A stretch of 58,733 nucleotides of DNA, counting the filler, from Dugesia japonica (taxonomy: Eukaryota): NCBI GenBank assembly GCA_001938525.1. It is 5 parts of 5 records of this genome, joined end to end, with 100 filler letters (N's around TTAATTAATTAA, not from the genome) between each part and the next. Parts side by side here need not be neighbours in the genome. Positions count along the whole stretch, not along the records: positions 1 to 9,448 come from MQRL01497709.1; positions 9,549 to 30,018 come from MQRL01497247.1; 3 more parts are not named here. One strand, 5' to 3'. This document shows positions 1 to 12,670 of the stretch, piece after piece (the first letter of the stretch is position 1; each line of letters opens with the position of its first letter). A program made the position numbers and the translations under genes. The notes under the pieces are model-generated. The model worked only from the letters and a program-made list of their open reading frames with translations, had not been told where the DNA came from and made no database searches.

Positions 1-1508
1 ATTCTAATCATCACTAATATTCTTATTATTATGATAATTAATAGACTTATTATTATTTTGATTATTATTTCTATTAAGCTTATTATAACTAATATCAATA
101 CAGTTATTATTACTGTCATAACAATATTATTATCGTCTATATTATTAAGATGAATTCCATGCCCCTTTTAATTGGATTCTAGTATTCGTTATTTACCATC
201 CCTACAATTTAGTTTTTAGGTATTAAGGAGAGAACATGGTGTCTATATCTACATTAATAACGGCGAAAATTCTGGATATTTGTAGTTAACATAAAATTAC
301 TACTAGCTTAAAATTATTTTCCATGAGATCAGTAATAAAATCGATTCGATCATAAAGTTACCGAGAGTGACTGATATCGTTAGCATTTTAACAACTAAGA
401 GATAGATGTGTCCCCCAGCAGTACATAACACTAGCATAATGATTTAGTAGTTAGTGATTGATTCATCAAAATAACTACGCAACCTAGTGAGGAAGTTGAA
501 TCATTTTTTGTTTGTAAAATGTTTAACTTTCAGGCACACATCGTTATTTCCTGATAAAGTGTGTATTGAACATGTCACTACTAAGACACAGGCGACTTTC
601 ATGGTGCTAGGAAACAAATAGCGCCTAAATTTAATTTAAATTAAAATCTATTTATTTCTAAATACTTGTAATTTTTTAACTCCTAGCTAACATGCTGGAA
701 ATANAGTAAAATNAAATGAATATNACCCTATAATAAATAACACCATGTAATAATATTATAATACTATTATATATAGTGGTATATAAATAGCGTAAAATTA
801 AATATTAGACGTTAAAATAAAAAATAAAGTATTATATTACTAATGTATTACCTTATTATTACTATATTTTATAGTAGTGTTATTAAAGTTATTACTACCC
901 AGGTTTATGGCATCATTGCTGTTACTATCTACGCATATTATCGAATAAAAACTATTATGGTAGACTTTACTAAAAGTATGATGTAAAGATAGTAGTGCCG
1001 TTGTGATTATTTCCACTTCTCACCTTAACTAGTAGGTTCAGGCTCTTGAACATCCCATGGGGTTAAAGTGAAGCTCGTTTTTTTCAATTATAATGAGTCA
1101 TTCAATTATAAGTCATGAGTATTACCCTTAATGATCAACGACAACAAATGTGTAAATATTAACTTGGTGAGAGTATGATAATATGAATCTGTTTAGAAAT
1201 CTTATGTCTGAATAACTTCTATTTACCCTTCAGTGAGAGCGCGAACGATCACGCAAACGGCAATTAATAGGACATATCATAGCCCCAAGTCTGGTTATGC
1301 ATCCCGACGAAACAGATTTGATTTGCTTCACTGAGATGTTTCCGTTGACAGTGAACACGGATATGAATGAGAAATGATGATCGTATCGATAATGAAACTT
1401 ATTTAGTTGAAATAAAATATAGGATGGTCTAAAGCTCTAATTTTTAAATTTTTTTGTTTATTAATGTTTATATTAACGTTTATAATTAAATAAAATCTCT
1501 GTTATAGG

Positions 1509-1769
1509 ATGAAAACTATATGGGAAAGAATTGTTGATCGTATCATTTTCAGGCGACACCACAACCCATTTAACCGAGGTGCCGGGATATTAGTAGATCG
1601 CTTGAATTTGCCTCCCGTCGAAGCCGCAGTAGCGCGAATTCAAAATTTTGGAAAGCGGCTTAATTTCCAGCAATGGAATGGGCCAGTGCGCAATCACACA
1701 ACTGCGCTCCAGTATCAACCTCCGGCCCCAACCCCAGTCGTGCAGGCTTTCATCACTAACTTGCTCTGA
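1509..1769 (+). CDS. Orphan cargo ORF of family A element, distant homolog of 43698-44009
   Basis: ATG directly after acceptor-like gttatag; QQWNGPVR vs YQWTGPDR and PAPTPV vs PSPMPV; AATAAA near 1875. Confidence 0.5.
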   Translation: MKTIWERIVDRIIFRRHHNPFNRGAGILVDRLNLPPVEAAVARIQNFGKRLNFQQWNGPVRNHTTALQYQPPAPTPVVQAFITNLL

Positions 1770-2049
1770 GGCGTTAGAGAACCCTATGGCGTGGAGGACG
1801 CCGAAAACGCCGCTCCTACCATGGACCCCACAACTAATCCGCAGTGACTCTTTTGTTTTATATTAGAATGTAGAAATAAATACGTATCTTTGTTTAATAT
1901 TATCTTGCTTCGTTTNCTTCAAGGTTTTAATAAAAGAAAATTTTTAATGTTGTGATAAGTATATTTTGCTGTCCTAAAATTGGGAAGGGTTTCGTGTATT
2001 TCAGTTATGTCGATGATAGCATATTTAGTAAACATTTACTATTTTGTAG

Positions 2050-2420
2050 TGCATTCCTCTCTAAACTGTTCTTCAGCTCCTACCAAGAAGATAAGAGACA
2101 CCAGTGAGGACCAAGAAATAACTTGGGACCTCTATCGCCTGGCAAAGCGACGCTGGGAGGCCGAGATAGCCATCGCCAAAAGTAAGATGAGTCGTTATAA
2201 AAAGAAATGCCTAGCATTCAAGGCAGAAGCTGAAGCTTCACATAAACAGGAAAGAGTCTGGAAGGCTCAATTAGAATCTTTCACTGAGATTATTCGGTCC
2301 TACCAAGACCGAGAGAATAAACTGGTTCAGGATATTCACAAATTGAAAGCTGCAATGCCCCTCGAACCATTAATGGTCGACAAGGGACACAGGTTCCGAA
2401 GGTTTAATATATACCTTTGA
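2050..2420 (+). CDS. Coiled-coil orphan cargo ORF, starts at splice acceptor; homolog of 44180-44538
   Basis: Similarity to the second copy begins exactly at ttttgtag|TGCATTC; ITWDLY, YKKKCLAFK and TEIIRSYQDRE are conserved; AATAAA after the stop. Confidence 0.7.
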
Positions 2421-2526
2421 ATAAATAAATGTTTTAATATTAAATTTTATTTTAATTCTATTCCTTTTGCTAGTTAATTGGCCTGTTTGTTACCTAACTA
2501 ATAAACTAATGTTATATCTTGTTTAG

Positions 2527-2909
2527 TGCCGCGAATTACATTCCCAAACAGTTTAAGAAGATGGTACCGAATTATGCGACGTCTCCTAGTCGAGTGACAG
2601 CTTAAACGAAAAACCGACCGAGCACTTTTGAGGCACCTTAATCAGAGAGATTGATTAATAAAAAGGCTTGACTTGATAGTCAAATGACAGGGCAGCCTGA
2701 TCGAACAAACTAAGGCTCTCACACAAGAGACACAGTTACTGTTGCAGCGCTAAATAGATTTTTTGAAACAATATATTGCAGATCTCTCCCGTCAGCTAAG
2801 AAATCCTACATGGGTCCAATGGGACGATAATGACGACTCGGCGTCGTTCAACTTTTTGACAACCAATCCCGCCCAGTGGTTAAACCCGGGCGCATTGGAT
2901 CTCATATGA
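2527..2909 (+). pseudogene. Helical orphan cargo ORF with in-frame stops; homolog of 44669-45027
   Basis: gtttag|TGCCGCGA start, PRI.FPNSLRR and C-terminal QWL.PGA.D shared with copy 2; internal TGA/TAA stops. Confidence 0.7.
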
Positions 2910-3161
2910 TTTTCATGTAAAATAAATTTTTTTCTTGTTCAACTCATTTTAACCTTTAAAAACAAATTCGTGATAATAGGGAAATTAGTGAACCCAAATC
3001 CAAAGGCCTATGGGCGCGCACCTCCCATTAAGCGAGAGGTCAACCACCATAAGCTGAATACCTAAACTAGGGGCGTTAGGTTAATTCTTGAAAGGTTCCC
3101 CTGAGGGCTGTTTTTCCCCAACCACATTTTTTCTTCCTCCTTCTCAGGTGGAATCCCAACA

Positions 3162-3264
3162 GTTTTACCAAATTAATTACTATTCTTAATTAGCCCCTCA
3201 TTATTTTTTTATATAGATCTTTGGTTTGGATTTCCTTTTTGAAACCGGGTGTTTCACCCCAACA
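3162..3264. mobile_element. Terminus of family B TGT...ACA element (...GGGTGTTTCACCCCAACA)
   Basis: Same terminal motif at 29649 (inverted), 38847 and 50320; 3162-3264 aligns with about 50203-50320. Confidence 0.75.
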
Positions 3265-4553
3265 GTTGTATTTATTTTATTTTTGAATATTTGAATTTTT
3301 TATTTAAATGTTGAAATATTTAATACGTGACTATCAGAAGAATTCTTATATCATATAAGTTAATTTTCTAATGAAAAATGTTTATCCGCAGAGCTGCGCT
3401 TTTATTTTAACTTTCAAAAACTTTCGCTTTTCTTTAAAATTTTAAACTTTATTTGCTGGGTCAGGAACTATACGTCTGAGTTTAGTTTCAACTGAAAGAT
3501 TTTTTAGTATCAAGTTTAGTTTCAACTTTTACAAATTATATTAAAAATATCATTTCAACTCTGTACACTTATATACTTTAAATACATTTAGAATTTTTTA
3601 TGAATTGGTTCCTCATTCGGGTACCAAATCTGTTGATATACTTTGGGGATTGTGGCCAAAACAAATCAACAATTCCGTGGGTTTATAGGAATTTTAAAGT
3701 ATTGTACAATCCAAAAATATGTTCGTATAGTAATTTTATATGGCAAACCGTATATGTGACTTAATATCGTTAATATATAATTAATATTATTATAAATATA
3801 CTATATAGTCAACTGTTGAATAACGTAAAAATTAACTTTTGAAATAATTTTTATCTAAAAGCGTTAACACGTTAGTATTTTAATTTTTTTTGCTGCTACT
3901 CGGTAAGTTTTAGCGTTTTTGCAATTTCAAAAATAGGGTAAATTGGACTGAGAATCTGTCGCTATTTATACCAAAATTAATTACATGCAAGTATTGGCAT
4001 ACAAATGAAAAATAAACAAAAATAATAACTTAAAAATTCTTAAATATTTGGTTATTTATTTAATCCAAAAAATATTCATTTTTATTTACATAATTTTCAT
4101 GATTTAATATTTCTCATAAATATTTTATTATTTACATAAAAGAATTCCATTTACATTGGTCTAAAAAATTTTCATTCTAAAATGAATTATTTTCATAAAA
4201 GAATTTCATTTACCTTATTTTAAGAAAATTTGTATAAAAATAATTAATACAAGCCGTTCATACATTATAATATTAGACACCATTATAATAATAAAATAAA
4301 TAATAAAATGTGTCAGGTTGAATAGTCAGAATGAACAAAAATAAAGGTAAAATCACTGCAATAATTAAAGTCAAATTAAATCACTTATTAGATTGATAGT
4401 CTTGCATCACTGATTCTGCTTTGAAGATATTGATTAAATTTATGTATTCTTTTGATATTTCTTAAAATTGTTCAATTTACTATTTGATTTTCAATATAAT
4501 TTCCATAGTTAGCAGTTACAATACTAAGTAATTCATCATTTGATCTAATCATT

Positions 4554-4895
4554 TCACATCTTATCATAACTGCACGAATAATTATATTTTTGCAACTTTA
4601 AGTGTTTTTTCATTGCGCTCATTAATCTAAATGTAATTTCCAATTTATAAAAACTAGCTGTTTTATCCCTTGCATCTATACGGCATCTTTCTCTAATTTT
4701 AACAGACTTATCACTGATCATTGATTGTAACTTCAACTTTTTAGAAATCCATATTCTAATTGTTGATTTACTAATACACACTTGTTTCGATAATGATCTT
4801 AAACTTTTACCAGAAGTTTCCACAATGTTGGTAAGTTATAACTTTTCATGAATACAATTGAAATTATTGCGATAATAATTGTTGGACGTAACCAT
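4554..4895 (-). pseudogene. pogo/Tigger-like transposase remnant (N-terminal HTH)
   Basis: GKSLRSLSKQVCISKSTIRIW resembles a CENP-B/psq-type HTH; ATG at 4895 is followed by an in-frame stop; 5' part has an inverted copy at about 21045-21128. Confidence 0.55.
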
Positions 4896-4910
4896 TGGTC
4901 GTTTTTACAG

Positions 4911-5043
4911 AATTCATTTAAAATAAAAGCTTCGATCAAAATTTGTATTTTTTTAATTGTTGATAACAATTCAATTCAATTTTGAATTGTTATTAAAATC
5001 CAAAAAAACAAATTTCGATCAAAGCTTTTATTTTAGATGAATT
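4911..5043. repeat. Imperfect palindrome of about 130 bp
   Basis: aattcatttaaaataaaagcttcgatcaaaatttg vs caaatttcgatcaaagcttttattttagatgaatt. Confidence 0.85.
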
Positions 5044-5456
5044 TTCATGAATTTTATAGCTTTTTCTTTTTTCTAATGTCGTAAAAAAATTGATTCAAAA
5101 ATATTAACCAATTATAACGTTAAAACAATTACATAATAAATTCAATGCAAATAAGTTCTGTTATATTAATTCTGAGAATTTTTTAATGTTAATGTTAAAT
5201 GTGATTTAGTCTCACAAATCCAAAAACTTTAATTTTATATAATTTTTTTTAAACTCAAAATTCAATAGAATTAACCTTTGTTTATATATTGCTCTTTAAT
5301 AATTAAATTTTAAATAAGCTCTTTTAATAATATAATTTAATTGAAAGTTAATAAATTTATTATTATGGTTAGATAATAATTTAGTTTTCACAATTTCTTT
5401 ATTTGATCATTTTTATTACGACATACAGAATTTTATCAAGTTTTTCTTAATTTTAG

Positions 5457-8400
5457 GTTTGGTTTGCGTATTTCATTAGTGAGTCGTACTCACAGTTAAT
5501 AGAACAAGCTTTTGAAACATTATCAAATGATGAAGATGTGAAAGCAATAAAAATCTCATTTCACGATATTTTATTGAATTTTAACAAATTGGAAAGAAAT
5601 TGTTGCTTTATTTTTTCTGTATTTTCTGGTGAAGCATTTGATTTTCTCGTGTCTAAACGCGCTAGTATTTTCGGTCCAAATGTTATTTTGGATTGTATAA
5701 AACAAGAAGTAGGATTACCAAAGTATGATTATCCGTTATTTAGTCGAAAATTAAAAGATATGAAGATTTGTATATCTCAAATAGATGCGAAAGAAAAAGC
5801 CAAATTATTTAAACATATTGAAAGGATGGAAGGATTAAACTATGAAAAATTAACTAATTCCGTTAAAGTTTTATTAACGAGAAATGTAGATTCACAAAAA
5901 TACGTTGTTGCTCATCTGAATAAAATACACGTATTGCTTCCCGATTGGATTTATGAAAATTGGAATTTATCAACTCAAATCTCGGATTTTAATCCGTTCA
6001 GTGAGGATTTTCTCAAAAAATTTCAAATTCCAATATTTTTCAATTTAAAAATATGTTTATCTGGATTTTCTGTGGAAAATAAATCTTCGCTTAAGAAAAC
6101 AATCGAAACCAACGGTGGAATTTACTTTAGTGAACTGAAAAACAATGAAGTAACTCATCTAGTAACAGAAAATAATACCAGTCAAAAATATGTTTACGCT
6201 AGGCAGTGGAACATAAAAATCGTCACAGAGAAATGGTTAACGGATTCTATTAGTCGAGGATATTGTTTAGAGTGGAAAAACTATGAATTCCAGAGGAATT
6301 CAACGTTTTCCGAGTGCGTTATTGGATTTGTTGGCTGTTCTGAAGAGTTTATCGCTAAATGGACTCGTTTAATTGAGTTGAGTTCCGGGAAGGTGGACAA
6401 AGAAGAGAATGAAGGAAATAACCGGCTAACTTCAACTCATGTTGTTGTAGAGAAATTAGATAATTTAAATTTGAAAATTGGATTGAATTACGTAACGAAA
6501 TGTTGGTTGGAACAATCATTTGAATCGGGGAAATGCTTACCGGGGGACGCTTTCAAATTGGAGTTATTCGATGAAGATTTATTCGATTATGATTGGGAGG
6601 ATGATGATGATTTGCTTGGGCAAGATACAGGCACAAATACAAGCACGCAACACTCGTCGATCATCGATACAATCGATAGTAATACAAGAGGAACACCTGG
6701 AATAACAACAGGAACAAATCTATTTAACAACTGTTTAATTCTGTTTCATGGATGTTCCGATCGATTTATCGAGAAATGGACAAAGATAATTGTAGATAAT
6801 CAAGGAGAAATTATAAAAGAATTGAATAATAATAGTCAAACCGAGGAAGAAAGAATTATTGTTGTCGTCGACAAGGAAGAGAATCTAATTAGAAAAGAAC
6901 GATTGAAATATGTTAATAGGAATTGGTTGGAGGAATCCTGGAAAGAGAAACGATTATTACCGATAGAAGAATTTCATTTAGAGTGGGAGAAAGAAGATTT
7001 ATTGCTCCAGGAGAACAAGAATCTTTTTACCGGTTTTGTAATCGGATTTTATGGATGCTCTCAAGAATTTATCGATAAATGNAGACTGCTAATCGTGAAT
7101 TATTCTGGCGGAGTTGTAGTAAGTGGAGATGATTCGAGAAACACGACGACGACAACTCATATCGTTGTCGACGACGAAACAAATTTATCAACACTTTCTC
7201 AATACATTTACGTTAGGAAATCTTGGTTGGAGCAATCATTTGAAGAGAATAGAATTCTCCCAGTCAGAGGTTTCTCCGTTATTGAAGAGTGTGATATCGA
7301 TTTGATTGAGCTGGACACGTTTATTGCAAATGAAGGAACATCAGCAACAACAGCAACAACTAGAGAAACTGTTATAATCGATACCAACTCGAGTAATTCT
7401 CGATTGTTTTCTTTGATTTCGTTCTTTATCGATGAAACTCTGTCGAATTACGCATCGGCACGACTGATAAAATCAATAACGCAAAATGGCGGCCAAATTG
7501 TCACTGAGAACGCGATGAATGCGAATTATATCGTGGCGAATTGTTTTTTGAATAACCAGTATAAATGCGGGAGAAACACGAAAATCGTCACGGAATTCTA
7601 CGTTCGGCAGTGTGTAANCGATAATCGATTGGTGGATTTGTCGGAGAATTTTCTCTACTGTCCGATTGTTGTGAGAGATTTTGTGAGGAGGAATTTGTTG
7701 GGCAATTGCGTTTTATCATTCACGGGATTCGAGTCGGTGGAGAACGAGGAGTTGATATGGTTTGCTCACCAGTTGGGAGCGACTGTTCAAGAGATTATCA
7801 TGCAGCAAGAATGCACCAATAAGAAATTGAGGGCGAATACACACGTTATCGCTCAGGATAGAAACTCGAATGGATTCAAATCGACAGTAAAATGGAACAT
7901 TCCTGTTGTTAGTAAAGAATGGTTGAATAGCTGCGCTGTTAAAAAAGCACAACAAGATTATACCGGGTTTCTTATTGATATTAAGCAAACATTTGATTGG
8001 CAATTACAATCCAACATTCACCCCCCTATTCCTGTTGAAGATAATGGAAATGTTAATTTCGAAATTGCTCGTCCTCCCACTGTTAGTTTCGGTAAGATCT
8101 ATTATTATTATTGATTATTAATATTGATTATTATTATTGATTATTATTATCGATTGTTATTGATTATTATTAATATTGATTATGATTATTATTGATTATG
8201 ATTATTATTAATATTGATTATTATTAATATTGATTATTATTATCGATTATTATTATTATCGATTATTATTATTGATTATTAATATTGATTATTATTGATT
8301 TTTATTATTGATTTTTAATATTATTATTATCGAGGATTGTCGGTTATTACATTGTGAGACGCAAATAATAATAATTATAATAATAACACTAAACTTTATA

Positions 8401-9391
8401 ATTTTAATTCGACCAAAGAGCTAAATTTTTCCCATTAAAGGAATTTTAAGGTACTAAATAAATTGAAATCTGTCGGTGCAATGTCTGCGGAATAAGCCGA
8501 ATGAGGTAGCGCTTTCCAACTTAATCATTTCAAAAATTCCTAAATATTGCAACTTGTTTTATTTCCACAAACTGAAAATCGGCTCAAACCTTCCGGCCAA
8601 CCCAATATAATATAGCTGCTATACTATCCTGCTAAAATTATATAACTAATAATAATAAAATCTCGTTCTTATCTTAAATATAGTGTTTTAATCTGAGGCT
8701 CTGTGAACATTTTTCTATATTAGATACATATAAAATTAGCAATTAAAATCCAGCGTTCCTCTTCAAAATCAAAGGTTGACTGTTTAAGCCAGTAAAAATT
8801 TTTAATCGGAAATTGGGTTTTCTTCCGCAGTTCGTTTCAGTAAGGTTTTTCTTTTCTTAAATAATTTGTATAAAACTGTGATGCCGCTAAAAAATTTCAA
8901 TATTTGATATCTTCTACAAAATGACAAATCTGAAAACGAATAAAAATTCATTGATTTGTTCATAATTTGTATAAAGCTATTTTCAAACTAATAAAAATAA
9001 TAATAGACTGACTTATTCAGAAAGACTCTTGAAACTGTTTTATAATAATAAATTCGAAAGATTATTTTTTAAAATATCTGTTTCAGTTGATGTTCCTAAA
9101 AATCAGGAAGATAAAGAAATTAAGAATTTAACAAATGTCATTACTCGTTCCTTAAAAAGGAAAAATAGTGATTCCACACCGATTGCAGCAGAAGCTGTTA
9201 AGGAATCAGACCGTAAATCTGTACCTTCTATATTAGATCAAGATTTACAGTACAGAGAGGTACTGACATATTAAACGTGATCGTTAATTGTGATATTAAG
9301 TATAGGTTGGCTGGAATTATGAAGTTTCAAATGATGTTATTGAGGTTGATAATTGCATAAAAACAGAAGCTGTGAACGAGAATGTTAAAAG
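5457..9391 (+). CDS. TOPBP1: TopBP1-like multi-BRCT protein; exons about 5457-8091, 9087-9259, 9306-9391; 3' end lost at gap
   Basis: 858-aa open frame with serial BRCT domains (ICLSGF..IETNGG..THLVT..KYVYARQWNIKIVTEKWL; LSFTGF..LGATVQE..THVI..WNIPVVSKEWL); GT-AG introns keep frame; VGW motif recalls the ATR-activation-domain Trp. Confidence 0.85.
8100..8330. repeat. Degenerate (ATT/GATT)n microsatellite in TopBP1 intron
   Basis: Direct inspection. Confidence 0.9.
8430..8606 (-). mobile_element. Deleted mariner remnant
   Basis: Minus strand WKALPHSAYSADIAPTDFNLF matches the mariner YSPDLAPSD motif; TIR-like end TATTGGGTTGGCCGGAAG near 8606. Confidence 0.7.
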
Positions 9392-9448
<57 letters not shown>

Positions 9449-9548
9449 NNNNNNNNNNNNNNNNNNNNNNNNNNNNNNNNNNNNNNNNNNNNTTAATTAA
9501 TTAANNNNNNNNNNNNNNNNNNNNNNNNNNNNNNNNNNNNNNNNNNNN
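9449..9548. other. Artificial contig spacer (N-TTAATTAATTAA-N); also at 30019-30118, 38655-38754, 49059-49158
   Basis: Four identical 100-nt blocks with stop codons in all six frames. Confidence 0.95.
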
Positions 9549-9550
9549 AA

Positions 9551-9820
9551 TTGATTATATACAAAATTAAACATTACTTCTTTAGCATATTCTAAAATAG
9601 TGAATCCTAAATATGGAAACTTTTTATTATTTAAATTAGTTTTTGACATGTGAACTGCAGCCATTGTATCAATAATTTCATTATCTATTGAGAAACTTTT
9701 ACTNNNNNNNNNNNNNNNNNNNNNNNNNNNNNNNNNNNNNNNNTTTTCATCACCTACAATAAACACGTTACATCTATTTCTAATATTTTCAAGTGTCTTG
9801 CCATAAAATGAATTATTCAT
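9551..9820 (-). pseudogene. Polinton pPolB fragment
   Basis: NNSFYGKTLENIRNR (motif B) and YLGFTILEYAK. Confidence 0.85.
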
Positions 9821-10229
9821 ATCTTAACAAAAGAAAACACTTTTTAACCAGACAAATATTGAGTTGACCGGAAAAATTCTATTGTCACAAAGGTGATTAT
9901 TTTTCATTAATTCATGGTGTAACGATTTCCGACTCGAGAAGAAACAGTAATGGCGGACTCCTCAAATCTTTAATTTCAACTGAAGAATTCACAATCCAAA
10001 TGTTGTGCTTGCTCCAGATCGAGATCCAAGTTACGTTAGTTTTGTTAATTATGTTAACTATTAAATTATTGTATCTCCAGTGAAATTTAAATCATAATGT
10101 ATTTTTCACTTACAAATTCTTTTGTTTTTCGGAATTATTAAATATCTATTAAGATTATAATCAATTATAGGGTAACGGAAAATTATTAACGGATATTCTT
10201 AAAAGCTAATTTTGATTAGAAAATTAAGC

Positions 10230-10451
10230 GAGTATCATGTAAACGAACCCGAACTAAAGGAATGCGAGTCTGTACTCGAGCTACGAGTCAACGGCTTCAT
10301 TCCGAAGATCTGGATTTTCGGGGGACGCCAGATTTAAATTGATCGCGGAGTTTTACCAGGTCAATGACCCTAGACTTAATTTAATATAAAGTTCGACCCC
10401 CCTAGATTTAATCACCTAAATAATCAACCTACAAAGGGTAAAACTCCAACA
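10230..10451. mobile_element. GC-richer terminus of another TGT...ACA element (...GGTAAAACTCCAACA)
   Basis: Reverse complement TGTTGGAGTTTTACC resembles family A/B ends; the Polinton minor-capsid region follows. Confidence 0.45.
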
Positions 10452-10764
10452 ATAATAATAATAGTACAATTTGTTAAGAAAGTGTTTGGTCAATTGATAT
10501 TGAGGAAAATACAAAAATATTTAATTTAAATAAAACAATTAATCAATATTTTGACCATCAATTTTCTATTAATATACAATCATTTAAAAACGATGACTCT
10601 ATTGAAAGAATAAAACTTAGTTATAGTTTCTTTACTGTAAGTGATCATACATTTTGATTTGAGGATGAATTAGAGGATGAAAGAATTTTAAAAAATTAAA
10701 TGAATATATTATTAAAAACTGTTCAAAACTATTTAAATCATTCACATTAAAGCCTGGTCAGTTA

Positions 10765-11193
10765 TTGGAATTTGAAATAGGATATAAAATTAGAAGTATC
10801 ATATTCGATTTATTCTTGATAAAAACTCTTGGATTAGAAACACCGCAATATATTCGAACTAACATCAATGTATCAGGTAAAATACTCAAGATTATTAAGA
10901 AACCTAAATTACTAAAGTGTCATAATCAAATGTTCTTCTATAGTAGTATTATCGAACCGATAATTGTAGGTTATGTAAATGTTCCTCTTTTGAAAACAGT
11001 TTGGATAGATAAACAAAAAACTGATAAAACAGTTCAAATAATTGTTGATAATCTCATGTATTTGCCTATTTCTATATCACGTACAAACAATATAGAAATT
11101 AATATACGTGATGATAGTGGACAGCTAATTTCGTTTCCAAAAGATACAAAAACTCATTTAACATTACATTTTCGAAAGATAAATGAATCCTGA
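10765..11193 (+). pseudogene. Polinton minor capsid (penton) C-terminal part
   Basis: YSSIIEPIIVG..VPLLKTV..YLPI..IEINIRDDSGQLISF..LTLHFRK. Confidence 0.85.
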
Positions 11194-11616
11194 AATTGTA
11201 GCATTGTATAGTACCGGTCAAATTGCCATACTTATTGGAAAACAGTATAGATCTGGTTGGTTGCAAACAATTGGAAAATATGCTCTGCCGATTCTTAAAC
11301 GTATTGATTCATTTGGTATAAAAGCTGCTCAGGATGTGCTGGCAAAAAATGGAAAAATACTACCAACACTAAATCAAATGCATTAGCTGAACTTGGAAAT
11401 GTAATGTCTTCATTACCGTCTGGAGTAACCAATATGATACCGAAAGTAGGAAACATGTTGCCAACAAGCATAGCTAGATAGATAAAGAATAGTATAACTA
11501 ATATTATAACAAAACAACCTACTAAAAAACCTGCAAAATAAAATAAAAAACGTAAGAAATCAAGATTATCAGGTATAAACAAACAAATGAGAGGACATGG
11601 AACTATATTCGATTAA
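11183..11616 (+). pseudogene. Polinton core (protein VII-like) gene, frameshifted
   Basis: SGWLQTIGKYALPILK..AAQDVL, basic tail ending RGHGTIF; sits between penton and MCP. Confidence 0.65.
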
Positions 11617-12341
11617 TGATTTGCGGAAAAAACTGAATGGCGTATTTTCGACCGACCATCTTCCCAAGTGGTTATTAAATACGGGTCGTTTGAAGATTTT
11701 TTTCAATGAATTCAATATCTGATCCAAAAAATGATGTGGCTTTTTTGAAAATGGTTCACAAACTGAATATTTAGATTTGAATGATACTCTGTTGTCTATA
11801 CAAGTAAAAGTAGTTGATAAGACTGGAAAGATATTGGATGAGAAGTCAGATGTTTTTTCTTAGCAACTATATGTTTCACACCTTGTTCAAAGATGTAATT
11901 CTGTCATTTAATACTTACAAATTTGAAGGTGGAAATGGAACTTTTATTCAAAAAGCATTGATTGAAACTATACTGAATTATAATAGTGATAGTAAGAATA
12001 TATGTCTTACTGCGATGGGATATGAAACAGAAGCAAATAGAAAAGAGTATAAAGAAATCATTGTCTCTGTGTGAATCAATACAACTCGACTTTATGGATC
12101 AACCAAAATATCTTATTCCTGGAGTTAATGTTCAAATTTGAATGAAAATGCATTTTTTAAAATGTGTTTGGAATTTCAAACTGATGAACCTAGATATAAA
12201 ATAATGGATGAAAAATTAATGGTTAGATCCGTACGAGTTAATCCATCTGTATTGACTGGTCATAAAATTCGATTAAATAAGCAAAATGTAGTGTACCCAA
12301 TAAGAAACATGGAAATAGTTGTTTTTGCTATTTATAAAGAT
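11616..12341 (+). pseudogene. Polinton major capsid protein, N-terminal part
   Basis: EYLDLNDTLL, FHTLFKDV, QKALIETILNY, DQPKYLIPGV, VYPIRNMEIVVF across frameshifts. Confidence 0.85.
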
Positions 12342-12670
12342 TTTGGGTTGTTAGGCTTTTGGATGTTGTTTAATTAATTCTTTGTTGATTTTCATTTTTC
12401 TCTCATGTGTTATCACTTTCTCTCTGATTATCTTTTCTCTCTGGGGGATGAGACCTAACAACCACAGAAATTTGTGTTACTCTCTCCAGCAACGCGATCC
12501 CCCTTTTTCCGGATTCAGCGGGACTATGCTGTATCCCGTCTTAGGTTCAATTTCTTTCAATCCGGCTCTCATTCTTTCGACATTTAGATTTTACTAAGCA
12601 ATATACATTTATTTTACTTATCTAATAACGCAAAGGATATTTGATACAACACTGTTCATTATTTTCTAGA

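Larger units (their letters stand above)
1230..3161 (+). mobile_element. Right-hand part of a TGT...ACA cargo element (family A, copy 1); left end not located
   Basis: Ends ...CTCAGGTGGAATCCCAACA at 3161, whose reverse complement matches the left end at 40381. Its ORFs are colinear homologs of 43698-45027. Confidence 0.8.

Noticed and set aside
6520-8003. Small overlapping ORFs 6520, 7123, 7716
   Set aside because: Shadow frames of the TopBP1 exon
9301-9318. Second mariner TIR (TATAGGTTGGCTGGAA)
   Set aside because: Wrong position relative to the remnant; coincides with a TopBP1 splice acceptor and VGW codons
12349-12460. MITE or solo LTR TGTTAGG...CCTAACA
   Set aside because: No TSD; better explained as the inverted start of a longer repeat cut by the inversion
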